DNA of 64,000 nucleotides, taken from positions 1 through 64,000 of the forward strand of contig JAUCBJ010006471.1 of NCBI GenBank assembly GCA_032718475.1. Direction: 5' to 3'. Every line of letters starts with the position of its first letter. Within the stretch, counting starts at the first letter, position 1. The notes under the pieces are model-generated. The model did no database searches. It saw nothing but the letters and a program-made list of their open reading frames with translations, and was not told where the DNA came from. Positions 10,941 to 23,049 of this stretch are shown here, in pieces. The translations under genes and the position numbers were made by a program. The stretch is from Nemertoderma westbladi (lineage: Eukaryota; Animalia; Xenacoelomorpha).

Positions 10941-13140
10941 AGTTGAATGCCTACTGCTATATTACAGTCTAAGCAAGTCTAGTAATTCAGCATTAACTGC
11001 TAGCCTAGTAATTAATTACCGATACTGCTACTCAGTGTAGCGTGATATATATATAATATTAGAATACCGGTATGCTTATGGTATATATAAGTATTATTAC
11101 AGACTAGGTTTTTCACAAAATACCGGTATATAATCTTAGCACAAATATATATATATATAATAGGCCTATCGTGGATACCGGTATGCAGTTTACACTTATA
11201 GTATATATAAGTATAATTATTAACTAGAATTAATTACAGAATACCGGTATGATTTCAGCTTAAGTTTATGAAAATAAAGATAATAAGCCTATTGTAAATA
11301 CCGGTATATCAATTATTTTAAATAACTGAATTTCTGAATTTTAAGGGTTACTTGGTTACTTTAACTTACTTTATTGCCGTTATTTAAGCAGTAGTCCAAC
11401 TGATATTGAGACCTAATTGTTATATGGCAGGCCTACTATTTATAAATCGTTTGAGTTGATTTATAATATATATATATACCCGTTTAATGGGTTTTGTCAA
11501 TGTTTGAAATAAATGTTATTATTTCTGGGGGAGTCACTACACATAAGCTGTGCGCTCTCAGTGGAGTGCTACTTGTTAGACACTAAAACAAATAATTCTA
11601 ATTTACCTAAGTTACTTAATACTACAAATTACGTACAATTCGGGTTGAGATTACAATCTCTAAATAAACACAAAAATTTAATTACAAATACACAAATACA
11701 AATTTTTAGGGTAATTTTACAAGAAGTCTACTAACCAGCCTAACAAAGGGTTAGAATATCTGGTTATTACAACGGACAGGTTACTACGGTATTTGAAAAT
11801 AATAAGTAGTAGTAAATATACTGCGTTGTCCAGATAGGAAAATACCACCGCCTGACGACCTATAACCGTATCGCTATAGGTACTACGTTATGTATCACGG
11901 AGTGTTCCTACCTAGAGATTAATTACCGCGGTCTACCAGAACCAACGTGCCTATTAACCACTTTACAACACAAATACACTGCCTACACACTAATCACCTT
12001 CGGAAAGTACTGTACACTAAACCCTAAATTAGGTACAAGTACTTGTTCAACAAATAATCAGTCGTTAAAAATACTTGAACAGCTAAAAGAACCACGGTAT
12101 CTGCCGGAGTGACCAAAGCATAAAATCTCCAGTCTTTACCTACGCCGAGCAGCCCTGATGTAGTACCGGGGTTAGTTTAACTATAACGGTATGTATAACA
12201 AACACAATTACTGTAGGAATAAACTTGGGGAATGAATGTTGCGAATAATCGCATAAACTCTGAATAATAAATATTACGCTACGCGTACAGACTATTCAAA
12301 CAAAATGCAGACCAAATACTGACAGACTACTATCAAGCCTAAACAAACTACGGTATATGCAGACTCCGAAATGATTAGTTAGTATGCGTTCTAACCCAGT
12401 AGTACGACTTATTCTTTCACAGGGGGTTTACCTCACAGCACTTGAAGCCCCTACTTTCCTAACTTAGCACTTTATCGGACAGATGCTCTACACACACCGA
12501 AATTTCCTCAAACCCAACAACAGCCAGACAACTATCCAGCCTACAAATTATCTAAATAAAATTATACGCTACCCGTACAGACTACACAAACAAAGTACAG
12601 ACCAAACGATGGCAGACTACTATCAAGCCCAAATAAACCACAGGACATGCAGACTCCGAAATGGTTAAGTAGTATGCGTTCTAACCCAGTAGTACGACTT
12701 ATTCTTTAGATGGGGGTTTACCTTACAGCTATGGCTGCCCCTACTTCCTAACCGTTCTTTATCGGACATACACTCTACATGCACTGCAATCCGTTCAGAC
12801 CTAATCAACAGTTAGCCAACAGTCAAGCCTACAAATTATCTGTACAATCTGAGCAGGCTTACACGCCTTCTGCTCAATACTGGCTTACAAATAAATAAAA
12901 CTGACAGAAATAGGCCTAAGTAAAATCCCAATAAAAACCAGGCGTCCCCGATTAATTATTAAGACCTACCGGTATATAATAATCAAATCGAATAATACTG
13001 CTGTACTTGTACTGTAAGTACCGGTTCGGATGATCAGGCAGTCAGGCCTACTGGTTACAGCAGTACAGGTTACCGTTCGACCGGTACCGGTACTTTAGAC
13101 TTGATTGCTTACGCCGCAATCCAGAAGCAATATCTGTTAT

Positions 13141-14296
13141 TGTTTGCGCTTTTAAGACCTTTGACAGTTTAACCTGCCAAATTAGGATGTCTTTTAGATG
13201 ATATATAGTCTTTAGCCTATGACGAGTATTTGATACACTACATTAGCCGAAGCCAGTCTATGCGCAATCATTCACCCGCTGGATATACCCGGGAGACTGA
13301 ATTCGGAAGCTTAATGATTGATGGTGTAAGCCTACTGTATTATTCGACTGATCGCAATATATAATCTCTGACAAATATTATTCACTTTCGGGAAATATTA
13401 ACAGTTCCTTTAGGACGTGGCGCTCTAATTATGTAAACAGAGTTATGACTTAAACTAGACACAACGAAAAGGCTATAGATTCACGTATATGGCGCATTCT
13501 TTAGGAGATGCTTTGTTATCAGTTACAATCATACACAATGCTGCACAATACTGCACACCAATCTGCCGACCTTCACTAATTTTAGTCACATACAAAGAGA
13601 ATAACAGACAATACATGTAGGGCCTATAAAATAGCATTAGATTCACTTCAAACCACTTAACATAGGTCGCAATCGTTTATCTGTAACCGGTCTCTCTAAC
13701 CTTTAGTATATCAAGAAGGTTGGGTGTCTGACTATTGATCAGTATTCCAAATATAATCTTCCATCAACAAATATAATGAATAACCGACAGCAAAAGCAGT
13801 AATGTTAAGTAAGATATGCATGATATGTTTAGGTAAGATCGTAATTAACTCGATAACAGATATACGTTCTATAATTAAGCCTACTAATGTAAGACTAAAG
13901 ACTGAAACACGGAGGTGCCAAAAGCCGGTGTTCTTAGGCTCTGGGCAAAAACATAACACTGAATTCCTGAGTTTCTGTATCCACCTCCAACACAGAGACA
14001 AAAAACGCTCTGATTGGTCGACCGAACAACGAGAGAACAAAGAAACAAAGAAATGTCGACGTGGCAATATCAGCTGTTAGCCGTCGTCATGGTAGCGACA
14101 CTGTTTTCAAGAGTATCGAGCTTATTGCGTCCCGAAATTGCGGATTATGTCCTCTAAAGTACAAATACAGAAGAAATGGCTTTTATGTCCTCTAAAACAC
14201 CAGTACAGTAAGGACACGGCCTTTTTATGCCCAGTAAACCAACTACAGAGTACTTTACGGGGAAAATAACCGGCTAATTACGCAAAAGCTTTTACA
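13141..14296 (-). repeat. 5' LTR (1156 bp)
   Basis: Direct repeat of 2122-3630 minus the LINE insertion. I spotted about 3 substitutions by eye. Confidence 0.95.
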
Positions 14297-14379
14297 GAGT
14301 CTCATCAGGATGGGAATCAGAATATGTTCTGCAAAGGTAGATGCTATTGGGATGCCAATTTGGAAATCATTAACTTTAA

Positions 14380-14824
14380 CCATATTAAACCCGGGGGGGG
14401 TCAATATGACCCCGGTGGTTTTTTTATTATAATTCTGAAACAAACGCAGTTGGGAATCTGAAATTACATGACTTTTCCTAAAAATCTATTGTCTTCCTAG
14501 TAGGGAAAACCGTTTTCAAAAATATTGGGTAGTTTTCGCGTTTTAGTACTATTTTTAACCCTACTTTTAGCACTTTTTTGAGAAGTTTTTTTGAAAATAA
14601 CATTTCATTAAATATGATTTGTATCATCTCTATTTTTGATTTACACCGGTTTTTTTGGTGTTAGCAATTGGATGGAATTCATATAAATTTATTTAGAAAT
14701 TTCAAACTTGTTTCTTTCGGCGGGTGCCAAATTTTGGTGCCAGCATCAAACTTTCGTCGGGTGCCCCCCCCCCCCCCCCCCCCCCGGTATTTGTACAGCA
14801 TTTTATAGCCCGGTACTAATGGGG
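14380..14824. mobile_element. piggyBac-type non-autonomous element, short deletion derivative
   Basis: Flanked by TTAA; CC...GG(GG) termini; both ends match the element at 50207-51675. Confidence 0.75.
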
Positions 14825-14992
14825 TTAAAGAACTGCAATACTTTTCCAATTCGAGGGTCAGACAATTGGTTGTACTTTCTGAAGACTTCTTCAAGATAAT
14901 ATAACTATATGCAAGACCATCAAGCAAAAGCAATGTATGTTCCGAATTCTATGGAATTCTTGAAGAAATACATGTTAAAATTGTATGACTAT

Positions 14993-15118
14993 TATATTTG
15001 TTTCCTATTTGGAAGGATACCATTTATATTTGTTTCCTATTTGGAAGGATACCATTTATATTTGTTTCCTATTTGGAAGGATACCATTTATATTTGATTC
15101 CTATTTGGAAGGATACCA
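14993..15118. repeat. ~32-bp tandem repeat, 4 copies
   Basis: Unit tatatttgtttcctatttggaaggataccatt. Confidence 0.9.
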
Positions 15119-15741
15119 TAATGTTGGATATTAAAACAAAGGAAGACATAAAGCACTCTACAAATATGATGCTACTTTGTCGAATAACAATATCCAGCTC
15201 TACTCTGCAATCCTGCTGCTTAGAGCTAACTGGTCAAGATGGTATTTTGTTTCAATGGAAGGCGAAAAGATCAGGTCATACACCAATGTCACCAGGATGG
15301 TCTGAGATATTTATAAAAGCTCTAATTTCTCTCTTTCTTGTTATCAATGTTGAAGATGTAGTAAGTGCTAAGAAATATTTACTAAGTTCCTAATACTTAT
15401 TTCAAACTTACCATTCTTTTTGACTTTTTAGTTGGTGGTAGGCTTAAAAGTTGTATGATATATATAAATAATGTTAATCAGTACATAAAGTTAAGTTCTA
15501 TCTTCACAAAACGTTCTATCTTGACTAAATGTCTTATGAAAGACTTGCTAAACATACTAATATTTAAAATCATATACATCATACATAATAATGTTTAAAT
15601 TTATATACAATTAGTTATGCAAAACGAAAAATGGAATGATAAGGTTCACAAATTTTGTGTACATGAACACACCATGTTCTTAGTGCTTAAAATGTTAAAA
15701 ACAATTTTGTTGATGTTTACATAAAAATGCAGGTGACTCAC

Positions 15742-15950
15742 TTGAGCAAGGATGATCGCACTCTCCCCGCCAATGTAATTCTCCAATTTAAATTGGAAGT
15801 TCTGCTTGGAATGGTGTAACCCAGGTCATCCTTTGGGGTTATGAGATTATGCCATAGTAATTTACAATCTTTCTTAAATTGCTTGGTGACAATCGCATAT
15901 AGAAAAGGGTTGGCACATGAATTAACTGGTAAAATAAAGACTGCAATTAC
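15742..15950 (-). CDS. rk: Type-B LGR exon TM7 and start of C-tail
   Basis: tttttcag|GTA...AA|gtgagt. Translates VIAVFILPVNSCANPFLYAIVTKQFKKDCKLLW... (NPxxY and TKQFKKD). Not in the ORF track. Confidence 0.92.
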
Positions 15951-16364
15951 CTGAAAAAAATTTAATAATATATAATGCCTAGCATACCTGGTAAAAAATT
16001 GTTTAATTATTAATTACATTTAATAAAATACTTTTCATTTTGGAGATAACAAAGTGACCCAGTGATATTGGGACGTTGCCAATAGTGGTGGAATTTGTCG
16101 TTTTCGATTGTGTGTCATGCTATTTAGACATGATAAAAATTAAAATAATGAATAAAATCTATATATATGACTAACTAAACGTGACCCTACAATATAATGT
16201 ATAGCCCAGCAATTAATTTTCTATATTTCTTATCGCTTTATTATATTATTTCAGCAATAAAGCTATCAGTAGTTGCTGTGTGAGGACGAGCGAAGCGAGC
16301 AAACGTTTGTAATATAGTGGTGGACAATATGGTGGACAGATACGGATCAGTAAGTTTGTGAAAG

Positions 16365-16930
16365 GAATCAACTAAGGAAGGTCGACGACTTCCAGTACCT
16401 TGGATCATGGATAGAGAGTAGCTAAAAGGACATAGAAGTTAGGAAAGCAAAGGCTTAGGTAGCTCTATCGAAAATGGATACCATCTGGAAATCAGATCTC
16501 TCCAGGCACCTGAAGACTAAGTTATTTCGAGCCACAGCGGAAAGTGTATTTTTATACGGGGTTGAGACCTGGACACTGACTAAATCACTTGAACAACGAA
16601 TTGATGGTTGCTACACAAGACTACTAAGGGCAGCCATAAACATCAGCTGGAGACAATGTATGACAAACGCCGAGCTTTATGGTACAATACCTCCTGTATC
16701 AACCACCCTCCACGAAAGCAGATTAAGATTCAGTGGGCACTGCTGGCGAAGTAAAGATGCAGTCATACCAGATTTACTTTTCTGGCAACCAACTCATGGA
16801 AAGTGTAGTCGTGGACGACCGGCCATAACATATATAGATCAACTTGAAAGGGATACTGACTTGGGAGAAACGAAATTGCGACAACTATGGATAATCGGGA
16901 AGCCTGGAAGGATCTCACATTGGGACAATT
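16365..16930 (+). mobile_element. RTE-clade LINE 3' fragment
   Basis: FQYLGSWI...IWKSDLSRHLKTKLFRATAESVFLYGVETWTL...RLRFSGHCWR. Same family as 46330-49365. Confidence 0.85.
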
Positions 16931-17074
16931 AAAAAACATATTGAAAAGTTCAAAGTTATTTTTGTGGAGAGCCGGCAAACAATTATAAAAATCTCCAACT
17001 CTATTGGAAAAGTCAGTGTCTGAGAATGTAATCCATCTGCTGCCACTACCTTCCTTCCTGTAGTGTGAATCCAA

Positions 17075-17770
17075 GATAATCTCCCTTTGTGGCCATCCTC
17101 ATTGCGTAATCCAAGATAATTATTAATAGAAATGGCAAGTGAGCTTATTTATCACAATATAACAATCCAATGCCAATGACAATTACTTCTGGTATTCCAT
17201 AAATGTTTAGGATTTCTGTATGCCTAGCAGTTAATGAACTGCTACAGCTACTGCTACTATTTCTCAACTATTTGTTGCTAATGACATAATCCAGCTGTGC
17301 TATGTTCCATTAGTGTATTGTAAGGTCCACAGCTGCATCCCCTTACTCTTTTCGAATATGGCGTTTTTTGGTGTCTACTCACATTCTCCATTAAATCTAA
17401 GAGTAAGCACCCGTTTCTGTTTGAACTGATGCTTTTGGTGTAACGCATGGTGTCTTCCGGGCCAATTTGCACAATCAGGTTACCAGCAATGACTTTGTAA
17501 TTGTGTTTCAGAACGTCCTTTATAAGTCCAGTCAGATCTTCATAAAACTTGACTGCCTGTTCTGGATCTGTTGCATTGGTTGGCAGAAGCAACACATTAC
17601 TCTTTACTTGTTCAAATGTTGCAATCATGACTCTGGGATTTATAGATTATTTGATGTTGTTTGGTGTCTGAAGTGCAAATGGGAATGACGTAGCAGACCC
17701 TACTCCACCATTGATGAATTGGCCGAATTTCTTTAAGCTGAGCTAGTTAAAAAACTTAATAAGCTTCTTT
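17075..17770 (-). mobile_element. Degraded RTE LINE endonuclease/RT fragment
   Basis: PTNA...FYEDL...VIAGNL...NRNG..LLDL; nucleotide similarity to 48600-49000. Confidence 0.6.
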
Positions 17771-17949
17771 ATATTCTATCTTCTGTTCCAGTAGCCGCAA
17801 CAACGATATAATCACCAAATTGGAACAAATTACAGTGCTTCTGAAGGAGTACAAACCAAAGCTGTTCAGCACTGCTGTCACAAGTCTTGTGTCAGTATTG
17901 GGAAGGTTAAAATGAAAACTAAGCGAAAATGGCAGACAAAATTACAGCT

Positions 17950-18031
17950 AAGTCAAATAAATATTAATTTAATTTAATCAGGACATAAGTAGCTACGATT
18001 AAAAATAACATACAAAAAGCACAATGAGTAT

Positions 18032-18064
<33 letters not shown>

Positions 18065-19308
18065 GGGTTAGGGACCGTGGACCATCTCGTAGAGTCCCTC
18101 GTTATTGCTGAGTGAGGGGTCCACAGTCCCTATGATGGAGGCCGCGTTGCCGACTAGGATGGCGATGGCCAGCCTCTGCAGGAGGAAGCGGTGAGATCGG
18201 GGCTCTTGGGTGACAGAGTGGAGTCTGGCCCCGATCTCCTTCAGGAACTCGGATGTTTCAGGGCCGGGGCGGCCCAAGGTCTCGTAGGCTACCGGGTGGA
18301 AGAGGTAGCCCCGGTCCATGAGTTCCTGATACTTGCGGATCTTTAGAGATTCCGCTTCCTCCGCAGTACGGCCTCCCGCGGATAGAGTCTGGGCGAGGTG
18401 GCTGGGTGCCAGAGGGTCCGCCACCGTCGCGTCCCACGTGAGGAACCGTCCGCGGCTCCACGGGACCAGGGTGACGCCATCTACTCGCTTCCCATCCCCT
18501 CTACACAAGCCTAGAGGCTCGAGCGTAGCGGGGACGCCACAGCTGATGAGCGCCCGGCGAACAATGTCATTAACCATTGAGTGGCGCGGAAGTCTGCCGA
18601 GGCTCCTAGAGCAGGATAGCCCATGAAGGCCATCCGACAGAACATCCTTGCCACACCGGGCACAGCTGTGGGGCTCGGTTAGCCTGCTCCCAAGGCGAGT
18701 GCCGACCGAGATCCGGAACTGCGAGTCCGTCAGCTTCAGTCCCAAAGAGCTGACGGGGATGGCGTCAAGCCAGCAGCCTGCGGCGGGGTGGTCCAGGGAG
18801 TTCAACCTCGCCACCCCGGATGGTGGGAGGGACTCCCGCAGGGCTGTTAGCCTGGCCTCGTGGACAGGGGCCAGGTAGGCCCACTGCTTGGTGGCCGCGG
18901 ACGGAAAAGCAGCGGGGGTGGTTGGTGTTGCGGATGGTGGCGGTGGCGTCGTGGGTGGTAGCGTCGTGGGTGGAGGCGGTGATGTCACGGGTGGTAGCGG
19001 TGGCGTAGTGGGTGGTGGCGTCGTCGTGGGTGGAGGCGGTGGTGTCAGGGGTGGTGGCGGTGGCGTCATGGGTTGTGGCGTCGTGGGTGGTGGAGGCAGT
19101 GGTGTCGCGGATGGTGGCGGTGGCGTCGCGTGTGGTGGCGGTGGCAGTGGCGTAAAGGATCGTGGCGCTAGAGGCGGGGGGACGGGGGTCACGACAGGAT
19201 CGAGAGTCGTTGACCACGCAGCGAGGGCACGGTTGTGGGATGGGGAGGGGGCGTCCACCGGAGACTCAAAAAGGGAGTAGGAGAGTCCAGAGCAGGCAGC
19301 CGCGGTCT
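17950..19308 (-). mobile_element. 5'-truncated CRE-like non-LTR retrotransposon (restriction-like endonuclease)
   Basis: ORF 18068-19258 has WLDAIP...GLKL, CARCG...HGLSC, RHSMVND, GKRVDGVTLVPW...WDATV, KIRKY and FHPVAYETLG. GC-rich; candidate TSD ATTACAGCT (17941-17949, 19309-19317). Confidence 0.88.
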
Positions 19309-19939
19309 ATTACAGCTTGTGGTGTTTATTTGCAAAATTTAAAAATTACCAAGAAGATCTGTCATCGGATGCCAGGAAGTATAAACAAAATTCCAGTAGG
19401 ACAGGGATGGGCTCTGGGCTATGAGACATGAATCCAAGCCGTTGTATGAAAATGTTCCTGATGTTGTGGTGAAGGAGATGCAAGATTGCATCATAAGATT
19501 TGAGGAGGGTGAGTGAAGAGGGTGTGGAACCAGCGTGATCCAACAAGTGATTGCAATGATCAACTTAATGATTCATTTGTCAATACCAGTCATAACAATC
19601 TCAATCATCATTACCAATATCCATGCAGGATATTACTGATATTAGATCATATACTACTACACTTCAGAAAAGTTCAACAACAAATAAAACCTCATTGGCA
19701 AAGGAGACAACAACTGCTGATACCGTTAGCCATAGTTTTGGGTTACTGGTATAATAAACAAACCCTACAAATGAAGTGGGTAGTTCTTTTTCCAGTACAT
19801 TTTTCGTATCTAATGGGGGCAAGCAGGGAGGTATTTTGAATGGTTATTTATTCAATGTATGGACCAACTCAGTTGTGATTTAGTAGACCAATGTGGGCTT
19901 AGTTCATTAGATTGTTGTAAGTTAAATCATATACAATTA

Positions 19940-20799
19940 CCCTTAATACAACAACCATTTTTAGGTTGCCCCCCCCCCCCCCCCTAATTATTTTCAAATT
20001 TCAATAAAATACTACGAAATTCGGTATGATTATAGTGGACACCTTTTCTTACTGGTGGCCTGGCCGGTTTTTTTCAATTTCTCAGGTGTTTCCATACAAC
20101 AAGCCCTTAAACAATGTATTTTTAGCAAAGTTTAACCACCTCCGTAGACTTTATTTTACGTCTTTTAAATGTAATCTAGATATCATTAGAACTGCCTTCT
20201 TCTGTAGATTCCGAATCTGAAAACCGTTTTAAATTTCACCAATATTTTCCTGAGATATTATCAACATTCAAAGGCATACATTTTAGGACGTTAATCTACA
20301 TTATTCTAATGTATTTTTTACTCTATTCTAGAATATTAATTATTTACGCACAGCTTTTAGAACGGAGTTTTAAACGCTTAGCTAAATAATAATTAATATT
20401 CTAGAATAGAGTAAAAAATACATTAGAATAATGTAGATTAACGTCCTAAACTGTATGGCTTTGAATGTTGATAATAGCTCAGGAAAATATAGGTGAAATT
20501 TAAAACGGTTTACAGATTCGGAATCTACAGAAGAAGGCGGTTCTAATGATATCTAGATTACATTTAAAAGACGTAAAATAAAATCTACGGAGGTGGTTAA
20601 ACATTGCTAAAGAAGACATTTTTTAAGGGCTTGTTGTATGGAAATAACTGAGAAATTGAAAAAAAAAGGCCAGGCCACCAGTAAGAAAAGGTGTCGATCT
20701 ATCATCATACGGAATTTCGTAGTATTTTATTGAAATTTGAAAAAAATTAGGGGGGGGGGGGGGGCTCTGACCCCTTAAAAATGGTTTTTGTATTAAGGG
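19940..20799. mobile_element. Foldback/MITE, ~860-bp near-palindrome
   Basis: Arms of ~400 bp are reverse complements (cccttaatac...gtattaaggg) around a spacer of ~40 bp; TTA on both flanks. Confidence 0.85.
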
Positions 20800-21206
20800 T
20801 TATGGTGTAATGTATGCAGTTGATATTTGTCTCATTTATAACTCCGCCATTTATTGGGTTGCAAACACTTATTTTATTATTGCTAGAGATATACTGTAAA
20901 TAATAATATCCTGTTTATCCATAAGAAAACCGAAATTATGTATTTTTTGTGCAGTAAATATAATAATCTTTGTGTTCCTCCATTCTATTTCTATGCTAAA
21001 CAAATTCATTGGGCACACCAATGGGAATACGTAGGACATTTATTCCATGAGAGTAAAGAGGATGACTTTGATGTCAGCTATTATAAGAGGTTTATACGAT
21101 AGGGCAAAAACATTAGTTTGTAAATTGAAATATTATTGAATAATAATTATTTATTTTAGAAATAATTAGTATATATTATTGTAATGAATAATTTTCAGAA
21201 TAATTA

Positions 21207-21970
21207 GTTTGGGGAGTATGGGGAGCGATGTTTGGGGAGTATGGGGAGCGATGTTTGGGGAGTATGGGTAGCGATGTTTGGGGAGAATGGGGAGCGATGT
21301 TTGGGGAGTATGGGGAGCGATGTTTGGGGAGTATGGGGAGCGATGTTTGGGGAGTATGGGGAGCGATGTTTGGGGAGTATGGGGAGCGATGTTTGGGGAG
21401 TATGGGGAGCGATGATTGGGGAGTATGAGGAGCGATGTTTGGGGAGTATGGGGAGCGATGTTTGGGGAGTATGGGGAGCGATGTTTGGGGAGTATGGGGA
21501 GCGATGTTTGGGGAGTATGGGGAGCGATGTTTGGGGAGTATGGGGAGCGATGTTTGGGGAGTATGGGGAGCGATGATTGGGGAGTATGGGGAGCGATGTT
21601 TGGGGAGTATGGGGAGCGATGTTTGGGGAGTATGGGGAGCGATGTTTGGGGAGTATGGGGAGCGATGTTTGGGGAGTATGGGGAGCGATGTTTGGGGAGT
21701 ATGGGGAGCGATGTTTGGGGAGTATGGGGAGCGATGTTTGGGGAGTATGGGGAGCGATGTTTGGGGAGTATGGGGAGCGATGTTTGGGGAGTATGGGGAG
21801 CGATGTTTGGGGAGTATGGGGAGCGATGTTTGGGGAGTATGGGGAGCGATGTTTGGGGAGTATGGGGAGCGATGTTTGTGGAGTATGGGGAGCGAGGTTT
21901 AGGGAGTATGGGGAGCGATGTTTGGGGAGTTTGGGGAGCGATGTTTGGGGAGTATGGGGAGCGATGTTTG
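21207..21970. repeat. 23-bp G-rich minisatellite, ~33 copies
   Basis: Unit gtttggggagtatggggagcgat. Confidence 0.97.
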
Positions 21971-22338
21971 GATGAATGTGTGAATTGGCTGGCGTTTCTG
22001 GCATGGCCGTAGCAAGTAATATATTTATTTATTTATTTATGTTTGTACAGCAAGGTACACTACTTTTATATATACAGTACACTAATTGTTTGTTTGTACT
22101 TAGGGTAGCGTAGACGTTGGTCTTATAATCATCATCATTATAATTATCAGTTGTTTTAAACTGCCTTCAGCTCAGCTTACTGACTGAAGTTTTAGACCAA
22201 TAAAAAAATTGAAAAATTGAATTGCGACAGTTGCATATTTTGTTGCATATTTATTAATATGCATATTTTATTTGTCCAAGGTGGTTGTGAGAGATTATAA
22301 TAAGGAACTATATAAATAATTATTTAGGCATGTCTAAC

Positions 22339-22830
22339 CTTAGCAGATTCAGTTCCTATTAGATGTTGACCCAATACGGCTGCCATAGAGAGTACCGTCA
22401 CAGGAGCCCAACATGCGAAATTTGTCAGAACCAGCACAGACATTCGTTTAGCTATTGTGGAATCGTGGGAATTCCACGAAGGTGAACCACGGACAGTGCA
22501 GTACATCCGGAGATAGCAGTAGGCTATCGTAAAAAATCCTATCATATTACACCCCACCAAAGCGAGCACATATACTAAAGCAGATTCATTATCTATATCA
22601 AAGGGTAGGCATATGGCGAAACGTCTGTAGTCAGAGATACCCACTAATGGCAACATGGCCATTACAAAGGCAAACACCCACCCACACAGTGCTGTGGCCC
22701 AGGCCTGTCGTTTGTTTAAGCGCTTGTGAACATGTAGTGCATTCGTAATGGCATAAACTCTCTCTATGGTGATCGCAGTGAGAATCCACACTGATAACTC
22801 TGATGATAATACTCCAATAAAACCTGTTGT
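22339..22830 (-). CDS. rk: Type-B LGR exon TM3-TM6
   Basis: tttag|ACA...AAG|gttaga, 492 bp. Translates TTGFIGVLSSELSVWILTAITIERVYAI...SDYRRFAICLPFD...CYLRMYCTVRGSPSWNSHDSTIAKRMSVLVLTNFACWAP; SDYRxFAxCLPF and RGSxxWNxxDSxIAKRM are rickets/LGR-B-like. Confidence 0.93.
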
Positions 22831-23049
22831 CTAAATAAAAAGGAAAATTATAATTCTCCAAGCATGTCTAGATAAAAATAAAAAAAATATATAATTTTTC
22901 ATGCATGTCTAAATAAAAATAAAAAGGAAAAATATTATTTTCCAAGCATGAGCTAGCGAGTCATAAGTACCTATTGCAATAATAAACCAGATGCATGTAT
23001 ATATTATTATTTAAATAAATTGGACTAGGAATGGATTAGGTGGGACTGT

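Larger units (their letters stand above)
2122..14296 (-). mobile_element. BEL/Pao LTR retrotransposon, non-autonomous (RT and integrase cores absent)
   Basis: TG...CA LTRs at 2122-3630 and 13141-14296; 5-bp TSD GAGTC (2117-2121, 14297-14301); gag with three Cys-His knuckles; Pao-type protease. Confidence 0.95.

Noticed and set aside
15412-15442. 31-bp candidate C-tail microexon (NLPPTKKSKRM)
   Set aside because: Good donor and matching entry phase, but a weak acceptor and no phase-compatible downstream exon identified.
18543-18568. CTGATGAGCGCCCGGCGAAC hammerhead-like string
   Set aside because: Lacks the full GAAA, has no viable stem II loop or helix I, and lies antisense in a coding region; probably chance.
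21204-22012. Long repetitive ORFs on both strands
   Set aside because: Translations of the stop-free 23-bp minisatellite.
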